The position numbers and the translations under genes are program-made. The notes under the pieces are model-generated. The model saw only the letters and a list, made by a program, of their open reading frames with translations. It did not search any database and was not told where the DNA came from. Of a stretch of 38,433 nucleotides of DNA, positions 22,731 to 35,225 are shown in pieces. Numbering within the stretch: the stretch's first letter is position 1; every line of letters starts with the position of its first letter. Source of the DNA: Octopus bimaculoides (Eukaryota); the NCBI RefSeq assembly GCF_001194135.2, contig NC_068983.1, positions 155,789,385-155,827,817 on the forward strand, written 5' to 3'.

Positions 22731-22791
22731 CGGGCATAAGGCGTAGTGGTTAAGAGCGCGAGCTACTAACCCCAAGATTTCGAGTTTAACT
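22731..22791 (+). mobile_element. Inverted tRNA-derived head of the same SINE (A box to degenerate B box)
   Basis: gggcataaggcgtagtggttaagagcgcgagctactaaccccaagatttcgagtttaac; shares ctactaaccccaag.tt.cgagtt with the minus-strand head. Confidence 0.75.
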
Positions 22792-23362
22792 CTCTCATAT
22801 CGTCTCTGATGATGGGATATTCTTCATATTCCTGAAACAACTGTAAGACAACCTTTCTCTTTATAAATGTCCTAGAAATTTCACACTGCCTATATATATA
22901 TATGTCTACATATATGTACTTACATACATACATATATATATATATATATANNNNNNNNNNTAGTGATTTTGCCAAGCGCAATAAATGGGCGCGGGTAAAA
23001 GGATATTTTACCCTTAATGTATATAGCAATAAGAAAATGGAGGGGAATATGTGGTATTCATCAACTTGCAGACATTGTATTATGTCAATTTACATGTTTA
23101 TTTTTTAACTAAGAGGACAATAAAAATAATAACACATGTAACATATTATGTCATATCAGTAACTAAAAGGACATCTATTGACCGAAGATGGGACATTGCA
23201 TATTGTTTTTATTGACCTCTCAGTTAAAAAATAAACAGGTAAATTGACATAATACAATGTCTATAAGTTGATGAATACCACATATTCCCCTCCATTTTCT
23301 TATTGCTATATATATATATGTATGCATGTATGCATGTATATATTTATAGATCTATCTAGCTA

Positions 23363-23364
<2 letters not shown>

Positions 23365-23442
<78 letters not shown>
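23365..23442. repeat. (TG)n microsatellite
   Basis: Direct inspection. Confidence 0.95.
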
Positions 23443-23444
<2 letters not shown>

Positions 23445-23639
23445 ATAAAATAGTAACTTTTACGTGAGGAAGGCAGAGACAATTTCTTATGTCAAATACA
23501 CTCAATTAAAGTAAACGAAAGATTAGGAACAGCACACAATGAGACAGATTTCGATATGTTTGGGCCAAAATTGCCCTGGGCGATGGCTAACATAATGGCA
23601 TCCACTGATAGAATTTGTCAAGTGATTTTTCCATTCGTG

Positions 23640-24960
23640 TTTGGAGTGTCAATAACTTATTGAACTCGGGGATTGTTGCTGACTGAGATGTTCCTGGGTA
23701 TAGGTGGTTTGTCTGTTATCACTTGGACGAATTTGTCCAGATATCGTTTGAATGTAATTTGATAATTTTCGCTGATTTATTTTGCTATAATGTTAAAATA
23801 GAACAGGTTCTTATGTTACATTAGACGGAGCTGAGTAATAATCTTAATTGTTGCTTTCACTACCGAAACGTAGGAAAAGCAACAATCAAGATGAGGACAC
23901 CAATCTGAGTAATGCAACATAAGGAATTCCTCATCTCAGAAATATAGAATTGTAGAGCAGGGACTGTTCAGTAAAATTTATTGTGTTGGAATGTGGCTAT
24001 GCGTTGTGTACCTGAAACGTGTGTCGTGGGGTGGGGGTGGGGGTGGTTGGTAGCTTCGAATGAATTATAAAATTTATACTAAATTCGTTTGGGCAGTGCT
24101 GGTGATATATTCTCCATATTGTGCAAATGATATAATGTTCAGAACAGTGTTGACGAGAGTAGAGATTCACTGTTGAATGCGGTCTAAGTAATCAAGATTT
24201 GTCTAGCGATGTATTCTAACTTTTTTGGAGGGTAGTAATTACTATCTGTTTTGTAATTAAATGAGTCTGTGTTAGAAGTGATGCACTGCTTTGTTTTCAC
24301 AAACCAACTCAATGTATTGGATGACGAGTTGAAACTTCGTAAGTGCCTTTTTCCACAAATTAGCTCTATTTATGGAATATTCATTTTTTTATGTGTTGAA
24401 TTTATGGAATATTCATTTTTTTATGTGTTGAGTAATTGACTGAAGCCTCGTACATCTAGTAAAAATGGTGAAACGAAGGTTGTGTGATGTTTGCGTTGTT
24501 CTAAAGACCTTGGATTACTTTTTGGTTTTCAGTGTCAGTAGAAGCAGCGGTCCCATTGTACGGAGTCGATTGTTAGATATGATGTTTTTTGGTTGATGGA
24601 AGGTGTGCATTCCAAGTGTGGTGAATAGATAGCTACTGATAATCTGCTGAATCTGAAATCTGAGGTCAGTTAGCTTCCATATTTTCCAGTCAGGTTAGCA
24701 AAAAGTATTACATTTTGGTTGATCTTTTGTGCAAAAAACATGCAGTATTTGTTCATCCGTTTACGGGTAAAGCTTTATAATAATAGTGTTTTCTGCTCAG
24801 TGAAATTCTTTGGTTGTCAGTGTTATGAGGTAGTGTGTGGCTATATTTTATATTTGTTGCATACCCGTAGAGCCGCTTTTTTTTTTATTTCTCGCTCGTT
24901 TTGAGCCTTTCCATGGCGAGGTTGCGTTCAAAGTTCAAGCATTATCTTATGAACAAACAA
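23640..24960 (-). mobile_element. Decayed, rearranged CR1/L2-group LINE ORF2
   Basis: Minus-strand fragments NFERNLA, TMGPLLL, NLYSRQHCSEHYIICTIWRIYHQHCPNE (cf. LYSLQRRRERY.I...WKI), PVLFNII and ITFKRYLDKFVQVITDKPP (cf. FKR.LDKFL..IPD.P). Confidence 0.65.
23840..23904 (+). mobile_element. 65-bp insertion with 9-bp TSD carrying a core-deleted hammerhead module
   Basis: Flanked by ctgagtaat at 23831-23839 and 23905-23913; contains gttgctttc..ccGAAACGTA-ggaaaagcaac-aatcaagatgaggac. Confidence 0.55.
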
Positions 24961-25239
24961 TTCTGACGTAGTTCAGGATGGGAAAATGCACAAATGCATA
25001 ACATTTGTCTTCTGTACATCCATATTTAAGGTCATATTTGGTGCTGAAGGGAGAGGACACCTATTTTCCGTTATCTTATATAGACAAGTGACATTTATAA
25101 CTCTATAGCATAAGATATGTAGCAAAGAGCAAGAACAAACACTTGTCTGAGTGGTTGGATCCGATCCGAATTCACAGCTACCTTGAACATGATATCGGCA
25201 CGTTCTTCGATGGGGGGAACAGATAAATTATTCGACTTG

Positions 25240-25800
25240 CCCTGTGTAGTGGAGAGAGAAGCATGCTCAAACTCCAGGTAAACTTACATGATGTTTTTCA
25301 TATGTAGACTCTCAGAATCCACATATTATGTGTAATTATGACGGTTAATTGAGCTATTTAACTTAAATGTAGCTTCATCACAACAAACAATCGCTATTGG
25401 AAAGAGTGCAGCAAGTATCACTTGCAAATTTCTCTCTTCGGTTCGGATCATCTTCAAAGTGAGCATGGACTTGAACAGTAACCTTTCTAATGAGAGCGCT
25501 TTTAAAAACGATTGATGCTTTGAGTTTGAAATTCCTATCTCATTAAAAGTTTGCCGCACAGATTTTCTTCAACTCTAACAATACGTTTCTAGGACTCTTT
25601 CTTGCTTTGTTGGGATTGTCTGCAACCTTTCAGAACAGTTCCATCTGATTCAAACTTATCTCTATTTCGAGTGAGGGTAAGTCGCATAGGTAGATCTGTT
25701 TGAAACTCCTTCCTAAATTGTCTTTGCACTTCGACTCCGTTTTCAAGTTTCCAGTCGTACTTAAAGGTAAATTTCCTTTGTTCAAAGCTGGATCTTTTTA
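25240..25800 (-). mobile_element. Tc1/mariner transposase fragment (DUF4817-type N-terminus through first catalytic D)
   Basis: SFEQRKFTFKYDWKLENGVEVQRQFRKEFQTDLPMRLTLTRNRDKFESDGTV ... IVCCDEATFKLNSSINRHN ... LPGV. Confidence 0.85.
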
Positions 25801-25937
25801 TTATTTCTAATGGGTTAATTTTGAAAGGAAATGAAAATTAAGGCAGCTATCACCTGTTAAACTGTGTATACATTTTTTTGAACATTCTGTATACACAAAT
25901 ACAATTCTTGAACGGTAGTGACAGATATAGAACATGC

Positions 25938-25940
<3 letters not shown>

Positions 25941-26019
<79 letters not shown>

Positions 26020-26025
26020 AAGTGG
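25941..26025. repeat. (AG)n microsatellite
   Basis: Direct inspection. Confidence 0.95.
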
Positions 26026-26444
26026 GAGAGAAAGAAACGGGCAGTCAGAGAACTAGTGAAATTAAATGAGAAAATGGAGCATTAAAACGGGAAAAGAAGA
26101 GATAGAGGTAGCATAAGCTCATGAGGAGAAAGTGGGATATAGATAGAAAGTGATAGACATTGAAATAATATTTTATGTAGAATCGTAACAAAATGTAAAA
26201 TAAAAGCTTACATTTCCAAGAAGCAGGGTAATAATACATATTTTTACATAACTATACATAACTAACGCATATGCTATAAAGAATTTATTTTCAAAAACAT
26301 ATACAGTAGACCAAATTCTGTGTAAGACGTAAGAGCATAGCCTTGTGAACCAAAACAAAACGAGATCCAGGTAAACTTTTCATACAATGTTGATGTTTCT
26401 AGTTGAATATATTGATTAAATTTTGGAGATAAAGGGTAGACATT

Positions 26445-26589
<145 letters not shown>

Positions 26590-27319
26590 NNNNNNNNNNN
26601 NNNNNNNNNNNNNNNNNNNNNNNNNNNNNNNNNNNNNNNNNNNNNNNNNNNNNNNNNNNNNNNNNNNNNNNNNNNNNNNNNNNNNNNNNNNNNNNNNNNN
26701 NNNNNNNNNNNNNNNNNNNNNNNNNNNNNNNNNNNNNNNNNNNNNNNNNNNNNNNNNNNNNNNNNNNNNNNNNNNNNNNNNNNNNNNNNNNNNNNNNNNN
26801 NNNNNNNNNNNNNNNNNNNNNNNNNNNNNNNNNNNNNNNNNNNNNNNNNNNNNNNNNNNNNNNNNNNNNNNNNNNNNNNNNNNNNNNNNNNNNNNNNNNN
26901 NNNNNNNNNNATATATATATATATATACATATACATACATAAATATGTACATATAATAGAAACATATATAAACACACATGCACACACACATAGAGACATG
27001 TACATGTGCGCGTATACATCAGAATTAGAGATATATTGAAAGTATGAGTACAGATCCAGTTTTTAGGCTTAGCATTATGTTTAGTTTTCCCAAAATTTCC
27101 ATGTATTTCTTCTTCCTTGGTTCTAGGAGACAGATTAATGTAGAAAGATTTATGAGAAACCTTTAACATTACATTTACATATTGAAACACTCACAAACAC
27201 ACAAACTCTCTTATGATTGCATATTCATTTATGTATAAGAATGTGTGTATGTATGTGTAAGTGCGTATGAAGATTTTCTTTTATAAGAAATGTGTTGCAT
27301 TACTTACAAGTTCGTCATG

Positions 27320-27660
27320 TATATTTTTCTTCCAAATTGTTCATTCAGTTGATGATGCACCGCTCCAATGTAACCCGGAAAATGCTTTCTGTTGCAGTTT
27401 GCAGACTTTGTGCTAATTTTCTTCGATAGTTTCTGTTAACTGAAACCAGTGTCCTCACAGGGTAGATTTCAGCTCTAAGATAAAACATGTTGCTGGCGTC
27501 AAATCAAGAGAATATTGTGAATGATATTGTCTTGCACATTGCTGAAAGATCATGAGTTAGCTTACGCTTTATGAACTGCATTGCTGTGTTGCAGCATCCA
27601 TTTTTTTTTCGCACTTCAAATGTCTCAGCCGCTACAACACCTGGGAATATCTAAGGAAAG
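27320..27660 (-). mobile_element. Mariner transposase C-terminal fragment
   Basis: YSQVL*RLR..WMLQHSNAVH (HDNAPAH) ..YSLDLTPA (YSPDLAP) ..LKSTL*GHWFQ..IEEN. Confidence 0.75.
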
Positions 27661-27799
27661 CTATTTATTAATGGTAAATAAATCATGAGAATAAAGAAAG
27701 TTGGAAGAAATTTACGGTGAATGGCCTGCTTTTCATCAAATACTACGCTTATTATTTAATTTACGTGTTTTCTTTTTGAATCTGCCGGACTTCTTTTGA

Positions 27800-29272
27800 A
27801 CCACAGTATTATGACGACTGATCTTTTAGCCTCGACATTCGTATTCGTCGCACATTTATGTTCTGTCACCTCATATGACACTTTTCAGAAAGTTTTGTTT
27901 AATATTCGAATGACCACTCATGTCCAAAATGAATGTCTCTCGGTTTTGCTTTTCGTTCATTTCAACAAACCCAGCACAAATCATGTAACAATACTAAGTA
28001 TTCTCGTAGAGAAAACAAAACTTCCCGTCCCTGCTCAGAGAGAGCGGTGGAACAATCTTTATATACACTGGAAAGACAGTGATAGCAGTTGTTCATCATA
28101 AACCTACAATTCTGAAAGTTTCGATCACTGCACAATTGTGTGCAGAACAGTCTCACTGCATTGCGCGCATCTTGGGCAAGTGGGCGAGCATGAAGTGCCG
28201 TGCCTGGCGAGTTTATCTCGAACTGGTAAGGCTCCTCGGTAACACAGCCAAGCTAGGGACTTTTGGAAGTTACTCATAGGCTCTGGCCCAAATTTTCTTC
28301 GGAACCGGCCGGCAAGTTGACCATCATTGAAGCCCAGGTTTTTTCCCCAGAGCGTCGTCACACTTGGCCTGTACCACATCTCTACAGAATGACGAGGTCG
28401 AACCCTTGTCGCCGGCATTACTCATCCGGGAGAGAAGCGTGTATGCCTTACAACACACGGCTTTCCACGCTCACAACTGTGGTCTACGTTTAATCCAAAG
28501 TTCCAGTTCACGGAAACCAGTAAACCGAGGAAGTATCAGTTTCACGAGCAGAGACCACACCCGCTCACCATCCAGGTAGAGCCAAAGGTGCCTCAGCCTC
28601 AGCGTATGCCTGCACATCATTAGCCACAACATCCCTAGCCTACTCTTTAGCGGTTGTTGGCACCAGATGGAACGCCTTACAAGTGGTCCTTTGTCCTTCC
28701 ATAAAAAGCGGAAGCGCAATCTTTCCAACGTGCTCACCCACGAATAGGGGCAAGGCTCGCCGGTTAGGCGGTAGGTGATTACAGATGCGATAAACACATT
28801 TGCAACCTCCCCCCCCCCTTTCAGNNNNNNNNNNACATTTGCAACCTCCCCCCCCTTTCAGGAATTGCCTCCACCAAGACAAGGTCTGGGTTAGGAATTC
28901 CACCTGCCGTAACCTCGCTCCAATTCCTCTCTATCTGGAGGTCTGGATTGAACCAAACCCCTAGCATTTTAACTGGACCGTCCACCCAACGTCCGACGAC
29001 GCTGTTGGGCGACATCCACTTGCCCTTCCAGGTGTCGAGCTGCAATCCAACCGACTTCTCCCGGATAATTTTTGCTCCTACCACCGCCTCGTAATGTTTA
29101 ATGGCTTCACTTACCTACTATAGGTGCTGAACCTCGGATACGATGATGATGATATCATTCGCATACGCCGTAACCGATCTTCCACATTCTAAATCTCGCG
29201 GGACGCCTCTCATACCTTTCAATTTCCGCAGTAAAGGCTCGAGAGCCAATACATACAGCAGGGGAAGAGAGG
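27800..29272 (-). mobile_element. 5'-truncated L1/Tx1-type LINE ORF2: RT C-terminus plus zf-RVT
   Basis: PLLYVLALEPLLRKL, AYANDI (YADD, 29165-29154), YEAVVGAKI, KMLGVWF, RFLWK, FQKSLAWLCYRGALPVRDKL..CPRC..ETVLH, IKIVPP. Confidence 0.92.
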
Positions 29273-30045
29273 TAATACAAATACATTGCTCAATAAGTTG
29301 CTATGGAGCTTAATATAAGCAAATACACAAACATACTTAGATCAGAATGGTTTCATTCTATATCAACGATCACTAAGAAGGAAGCAATACAATAGATTCA
29401 AAAAAAAAATGTTCAAGACTATTGAAAAATTATTGGAAAGCAGGAGTTGCATGCCTTATTGCACATTAATACAACATTGGGCGTGTGAGTTGATTTAATG
29501 TTCGCTTTTCAATCAATTTCGAACAATTTCAAACTATTTTCAACATCATTGAGGTCAATTGTATGTTTAATTTACTTATGATTGTTCATTTAGCATTAGA
29601 GACTAAAGATCCAGTGACCTGCCTTCTCGGACTTGGGATTGCCGGTTCATCCATATCCATTAAATTATGGATAAAAGCCACTACTTGCCAAGGCTTCGTT
29701 AGAGTAGGCGGCGAACTCTATCAGTCGAAACCTAATCTTGTGATTCGGCTTTTCTATGTTTCCGAAATTTAGCAATGTTGAGGTTAGGGAAGCTGCTACA
29801 ACGCACGCGCACACACACAGAAACGCACAACACACAGAAACGCACAACATACACACACACATAAATACATGGGCATATACGAACACACACATAAATACAT
29901 AGGCATATACGAACACACACACACACACATACATAGAAACATGCAAAAAGAACAGACAACCTTAAATTTTCTTTACGACTTCACCACCGAATAGGTGGCC
30001 AGGCATGTTAAAATGTAAAACTCTCATCAGAAGGAGTAAAAACAC

Positions 30046-30300
30046 CTACCTACCTGCCTGCCTACCTACCTACCAACCAACCAGCCAACCAACTTACATA
30101 CTAAACTTCCTGCCTACCTTCGTCCTTACCTAACTGGTTAGCTAGCTAGCTATCTAACTACCTACCTACCCACCTATCTACCTACCTACTAACCTACCTA
30201 CCTACCTACCTACCTACCTACCTACCTACCTACCTACCTACCTACCAAACTAACTAACTAACTAACTACCTTACTAACTAATTAATTAATTAGCTAACTA
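30046..30300. repeat. (CTAC)n/(CCAA)n/(CTAA)n tetranucleotide tract
   Basis: Direct inspection. Confidence 0.9.
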
Positions 30301-31149
30301 CATATGTATATATAGGTACATAATTTATGTAGAAGCGAATACTTCAGATATATGAGATCGTTACAAAATAGCTGGATGCATACTAGTATGTGATGAAAGC
30401 AATCAGTATAAAATATCCTTCGCATATATTACCAGCAATTCATAGATCATATGCAGCATTTTGCTTGAGAACTTTTTTCTTTTCCAATTCCTCATTTAAT
30501 CATTATAACTGTATGATAGTATTGAATATGATATCGGTATGATAGTATTGAATATCTTGCTATTGAAAATAGTGTATTGAATATGATGATTTATGTAATA
30601 TCTCTATGCGAGAAATAATCATTATGTCGAAGTATAACATATACGCCTACTAGAATTAGATTTAACTTAAAACTTGCCATTTGAAAACGCATCAAGTTAA
30701 CAGTGTATATTATTGATATTCTCACAAATGTCAACAAAATCTAGACAATTGTCTTTGAATATCTTCCGATATTATTCATTCAGCGGGGTTAGAATTAGTT
30801 ATAATATACGACTGACATATACAATGTCTCGTCAATGCCGACCAATACACACACAAGCGCACAACCACACACGCATATGCACATTCACACGCATACGCAC
30901 ATTCACACGCATACACGAACGCAACATCCACACGCACGCAGTTTTTCACACATAAACATCAGCATGTGTTAAAAATATTTAATCATTGGAAAGCATATAC
31001 TTTTCTATCTGACTATGAACTCCTAAAATGTTTGTACATATGCAGATACACTTTAAAAATTTTCCGAATTTCGTTTTGTAAACAAAGAATTGTTAACTAA
31101 CCAAGAATCAATCTTCCATCACGTGAATATATAGTAACAATTTCTTTCG

Positions 31150-31320
31150 TAGATACAAGGCCTTAAATTTGGAGAATGGCATTATAGACATCGGTAATTG
31201 AATGGTACATTACTTTAGACGCCGGACGACCGAAAGGTGAAGATCATCACAGCAAGATTGGGGACAGGGAACAAAGAATTGTAAACTAATACCGTTCTAA
31301 CGGTTCTAGCTATACGCAGC
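31150..31320 (-). mobile_element. Old tRNA-SINE copy
   Basis: gatacaaggccttaaatttgg tail and ggacgaccgaaaggtgaag central remnant. Confidence 0.5.
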
Positions 31321-31344
31321 TTTTTAATCAATAACACAAAGTTT

Positions 31345-31520
31345 AGCACAGGGATAACAGTTTTGAGAATAGGGGATCACTTGATATTATCGACTTTAAT
31401 ACGTGAGTGGTACTTGATTTTATCAACAACGGAGAGATAAAAGGTAATGTTAATCTCGTCCGAATTTGATCTTGCGATGTAAATAGCCGAAATAAATACC
31501 ACGAAAATTATTACATTTAC
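31345..31520 (-). mobile_element. Old tRNA-SINE copy
   Basis: tatcgacttt..gtggtacttgattttatcaac..aaaggtaatgttaatctcg..gaatttgatct. Confidence 0.55.
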
Positions 31521-31584
31521 AAAAGCTATGAATCGAAAATTTAGAAGACTGTTGAATCTAGTTTATCATTATGAATCGAAAACA

Positions 31585-31775
31585 GGTCGATGGATTGACA
31601 GAATTGTTAGAGTGTCAGATAAAGTGCCCTGTGGTTTATCTTTCAAATCTAGCTTTGCTTTTCAACCTTTCAGCCTCGAGAAAATGATGGACAAGATAAG
31701 TACTGGGTTCGATGTGTTTCACTACTCCTCTTCCTTCAAGATTTCTAGCCTTGTGCCTAAATTACTTCATCATTA
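31585..31775 (+). mobile_element. Old tRNA-SINE copy
   Basis: tggattgacagaattgttagagtg..ctttgcttttcaacctttcagcctcgagaaaat..aagtactgggttcgatg..gatttctagccttgtgcctaaatt. Confidence 0.65.
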
Positions 31776-32614
31776 TGAACCTAAACTATTTATCATGATT
31801 GCCTATTAAATATTTTGCATGTGGTACTTATTTCAACTTTTGAGTTTTTGAGTACATGAAAAAGTCCTATTTATTCAACTGAATTTCTTCTCCGAGATGA
31901 CATGCACGTTGTAAATAATGTAATTCGGAGGATAACCGAAAATCAACAACACGTATTCATAGATATAGAAAGAATTAACAAATGTAGATTTACAAATGCA
32001 CACTTTAAATGCCACCATATAATCCTGTGGTATTCTTAGAAGTATTTGATGAAGTTTTCTCAATCTAAGACAGAATATTATGCAAAAACATTGCTCTTCG
32101 AGGCCTTTTATTATTCAATTTCGTTAAATCACAAGTGCAATACCTACATGATCACTATAACACGTGGAGATCAACAACTAAGAGTCATGCTTTTATGTGG
32201 ATTTATTAACTAAATGTCAAGATCATCCATAAGCTATACAATCGTTACGATCTCATTGAGCTCTCTCTTGTTAGTGCAGTGTTCTATATGTGGTGATGTG
32301 CATATATATGTATAAGATTAAGATATTAATTTATTTCGAGGAAGAGTGGAAAATATTGTCACCTTTTCCCAGCACTAAATTACAACTCCTGAAAATGTGG
32401 TTGATCTACGACGATGTCCGTAGGAAGAACGTGAAAAGAGACGGTGATCCATTCAGTTGTAAAGCGTAAGGATTGAGGGGAAATATATAATGATGATGAT
32501 ACAAGAACAAACCAGTGCATAAGGTTGTCTTAGATGTGGGGTAATCAAATTGCTGGTCAATGGCACAGTCATCGCACCAGTTGTTCCCCTCTGATACGTA
32601 TATCCATTTTCCGT

Positions 32615-33426
32615 CTCTATTGTTTTCAATAATATCAAGTAGCACAGCATGCGTAAATCGCTATAAAGGAAACATTTATTAATCAATGATGAAGGGTGCT
32701 ACAGATAGTATGCTAAAATAGTTGTCGAAAAAGACTCAAAAACCACAAATTTTCACTAATACGCATTAATGAAATCGGGAGAATGAGCAGAAATTCTAAG
32801 ACCCCGTACCAATGAGGAACAGAATCGTAAATTGAAAAGCCAGACATATCCGTATCGCAGCGATTTCAAACTTTGTGAAAATATCACTTAGACTTCTCAG
32901 CGAATCTTATTCACCCAGGATCATGGAGCTTGCCCATCTCATTCAATGTGTGCGATGACCGTTTTAAATGCCGCAGCAAATTTAAAATGGTAATCAAATT
33001 GAATAATAAATTGTAAAAATATATAAGGACATTATTGTTTACAATGATATTAAGCAGCATAGTATGCGTAAAAACTATGAAGGTAAAAAATATTAATTAA
33101 TATTGAATGGTACTACAGATGGCACCAGCATGCTAAAATAGCAGTCAAAACCGACTCAAAACCACAAATTTTCACTAATATACATTGATGAAATTGGAGG
33201 ATGGAGCAGAAATCCTAAGAACCCGCACCAATGACGAAAAAGACCATAAATTTAAAAACCAGATATATCCATATCGAAGCGATTTCAAACTATGTGTAAA
33301 CATCAGTTAATTCTCCTCAGTGAAACTTACTGACCCAGGGTCGTGAAGCTTGCCCGTCGCATTCAGTATGTGCGATGACAGTTTTTAATGCCGTAGAAAA
33401 TTTAAAAAGGTGATCGAAGTGAATAA
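32615..33426 (+). repeat. Direct tandem array of a ~414-bp unit (continues at 34581-34632 after the Helitron)
   Basis: gaagggtgctacag at 32691 recurs as gaatggtactacag at 33105; colinear similarity throughout. Confidence 0.9.
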
Positions 33427-34580
33427 TCTAAATATATAAAAGAGATATTCTGTCCGTTTTTATGTTTGTTCGTTTGTCCTCCAGAATGAAAATAAAGGGT
33501 TCAAGTGAAACTATTATGCTTTTCCTTCTGATCTTATCGTATCCTGTCTTATCTACATATGTAAAAGAAACATTCTGTCCATCTGTGTGTTTGTTCCTTT
33601 TTTGTCCGCCAAAATGAATGTAAATGGTTCAAGGGAAATATTAGGCCTTTTCTTCTTATCAAGGGAAACTATTATACTTTTTCTTCTTGTCTTATCTTNN
33701 NNNNNNNNNNNNNNNNNNNNNNNNNNNNNNNNNNNNNNNNNNNNNNNNNNNNNNNNNNNNNNNNNNNNNNNNNNNNNNNNNNNNNNNNNNNNNNNNNNNN
33801 NNNNNNNNNNNNNNNNNNNNNNNNNNNNNNNNNNNNNNNNNNNNNNNNNNNNNNNNNNNNNNNNNNNNNNNNNNNNNNNNNNNNNNNNNNNNNNNNNNNN
33901 NNNNNNNNNNNNNNNNNNNNNNNNNNNNNNNNNNNNNNNNNNNNNNNNNNNNNNNNNNNNNNNNNNNNACTAATTGTGCACAAGCCTATGAGGAACTGCA
34001 TTGAGGCAAATATTCTCATTGGTTGTGGTAAATGCGACACCGTCTTCGTTCCTCGCATACTAATTATGCCAGTTTCTGGAGAGATTACATCTTTTCTTTG
34101 GTGGTATATTTTTTCAATATTGTAAACCAAAATTTCTTGAACATAAAAGAAACTATACATTAATCTCAATTATTGTAAGCAGTTGTATGTATGTGTTATA
34201 TAATTGCCATTACTGTATTAATAAATAAAATAGCACATACAATTCATTTATTATTTTCATATAATAAACAAACAGAAGTTCATGTATGAAATTGATCTTT
34301 TTTCTATTTCAATTATTACATGCTTTTTCTCCTATAACAATATTATATAATTGCCATTTCTGTATTAATAAATAAAATAACACATACAACTCACTTATTA
34401 TTGTCATATAATAGACATGTATGAAATTGATCTTTTTGCTACTTCAATTGTTACATATTTTTCTCTTATATAGATATACACATACAGGAGGAATAAATTA
34501 TATATATAATAATACTTTGAATGTGACTACCGAGAAACAGTTAAAGTAATTACCCGATCAACGACGGGTAGTGCTGCTAG
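33427..34580 (+). mobile_element. Non-autonomous Helitron with both termini and a RepHel helicase remnant
   Basis: A|TC start at 33427; hairpin acccg-atcaacga-cgggt (34552-34569) then CTAG|T at 34577-34580; no TSD, and the flanks rejoin as the unit tail gaataa|taaatt; frame from 33970 LIVHKPMRNCIEANILIGCGKCDTVFVPRILIMP matches the Pif1-like helicase VFIPRI motif. Confidence 0.9.
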
Positions 34581-34632
34581 TAAATTATAAAACCAACATA
34601 AAGATATTATCGTTTACAATGATGTCAAGTGG

Positions 34633-35225
34633 CCTGGCTTTTCCATTTTTGATTCTTTTCGTCATTGGTACGGAATATAAAGATTTCTGCTCGTTTCCCC
34701 GATTTCATCAATCAATGTGTATTAGTGAAAATTTGCGGTCTTGAGTCGTCTTTGACTGCTATTTTAGCATGCTGCTGCTGCTACCTGTAGTACCCTTCAT
34801 TATTAATTAATATTTTTTACTTTTATGTTTTTTTACACATGCCATGCCATTTGATATTATTGTAAACAATGATATCCCTATATATTTTTTATAATTTATT
34901 ATTCATCTCAATCACCCTTTTAAATTTGCTACGGCATTTAAAACGGTTATCGCACACATTGGATGAGGTGGGCAAGCTCCACGACCCTGGATCACTAAGA
35001 CACGCTGAGGCGAAGTAAGTGATATTTTTCACAAAGTTTGAAATTGCTGCGATACAGCTACGTTTGGATTTTAAATTTACGATTCTTTTTCCTCATTGGT
35101 ACGGGGGTTTTAGGATTTTTGCTCATTCTTCCGATTTCATCAATGTTCATTGGTTTGTGGTTTTGAGTCGTTTTTGACAGCTATTTTAGCATACTGGTGC
35201 TACCTGTAGCACCCTTCATTATTAG
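34633..35225 (-). repeat. Inverted copies of the ~414-bp unit (one full, one partial)
   Basis: ctgtagcacccttcatt at ~35204-35220 and ctgtagtacccttcatt at ~34785-34801 are reverse complements of the unit start; the interior matches. Confidence 0.9.

Noticed and set aside
22733-22791. Functional tRNA gene
   Set aside because: B box degenerate, no acceptor stem 3' strand; it is a SINE head.
24368-24431. ~31-bp tandem duplication tttatggaatattcatttttttatgtgttga
   Set aside because: Ordinary local slippage within a decayed LINE.
28795-28862. Direct duplication acatttgcaacctcccccc..tttcag around a 10-N gap
   Set aside because: Typical scaffolding artefact at a homopolymer; it creates the spurious GGGGCKC ORF.
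32406-32645. 79-aa minus ORF with a CxxC (WCDDC)
   Set aside because: No domain recognised, length expected by chance, and it overlaps the start of the 414-bp array.
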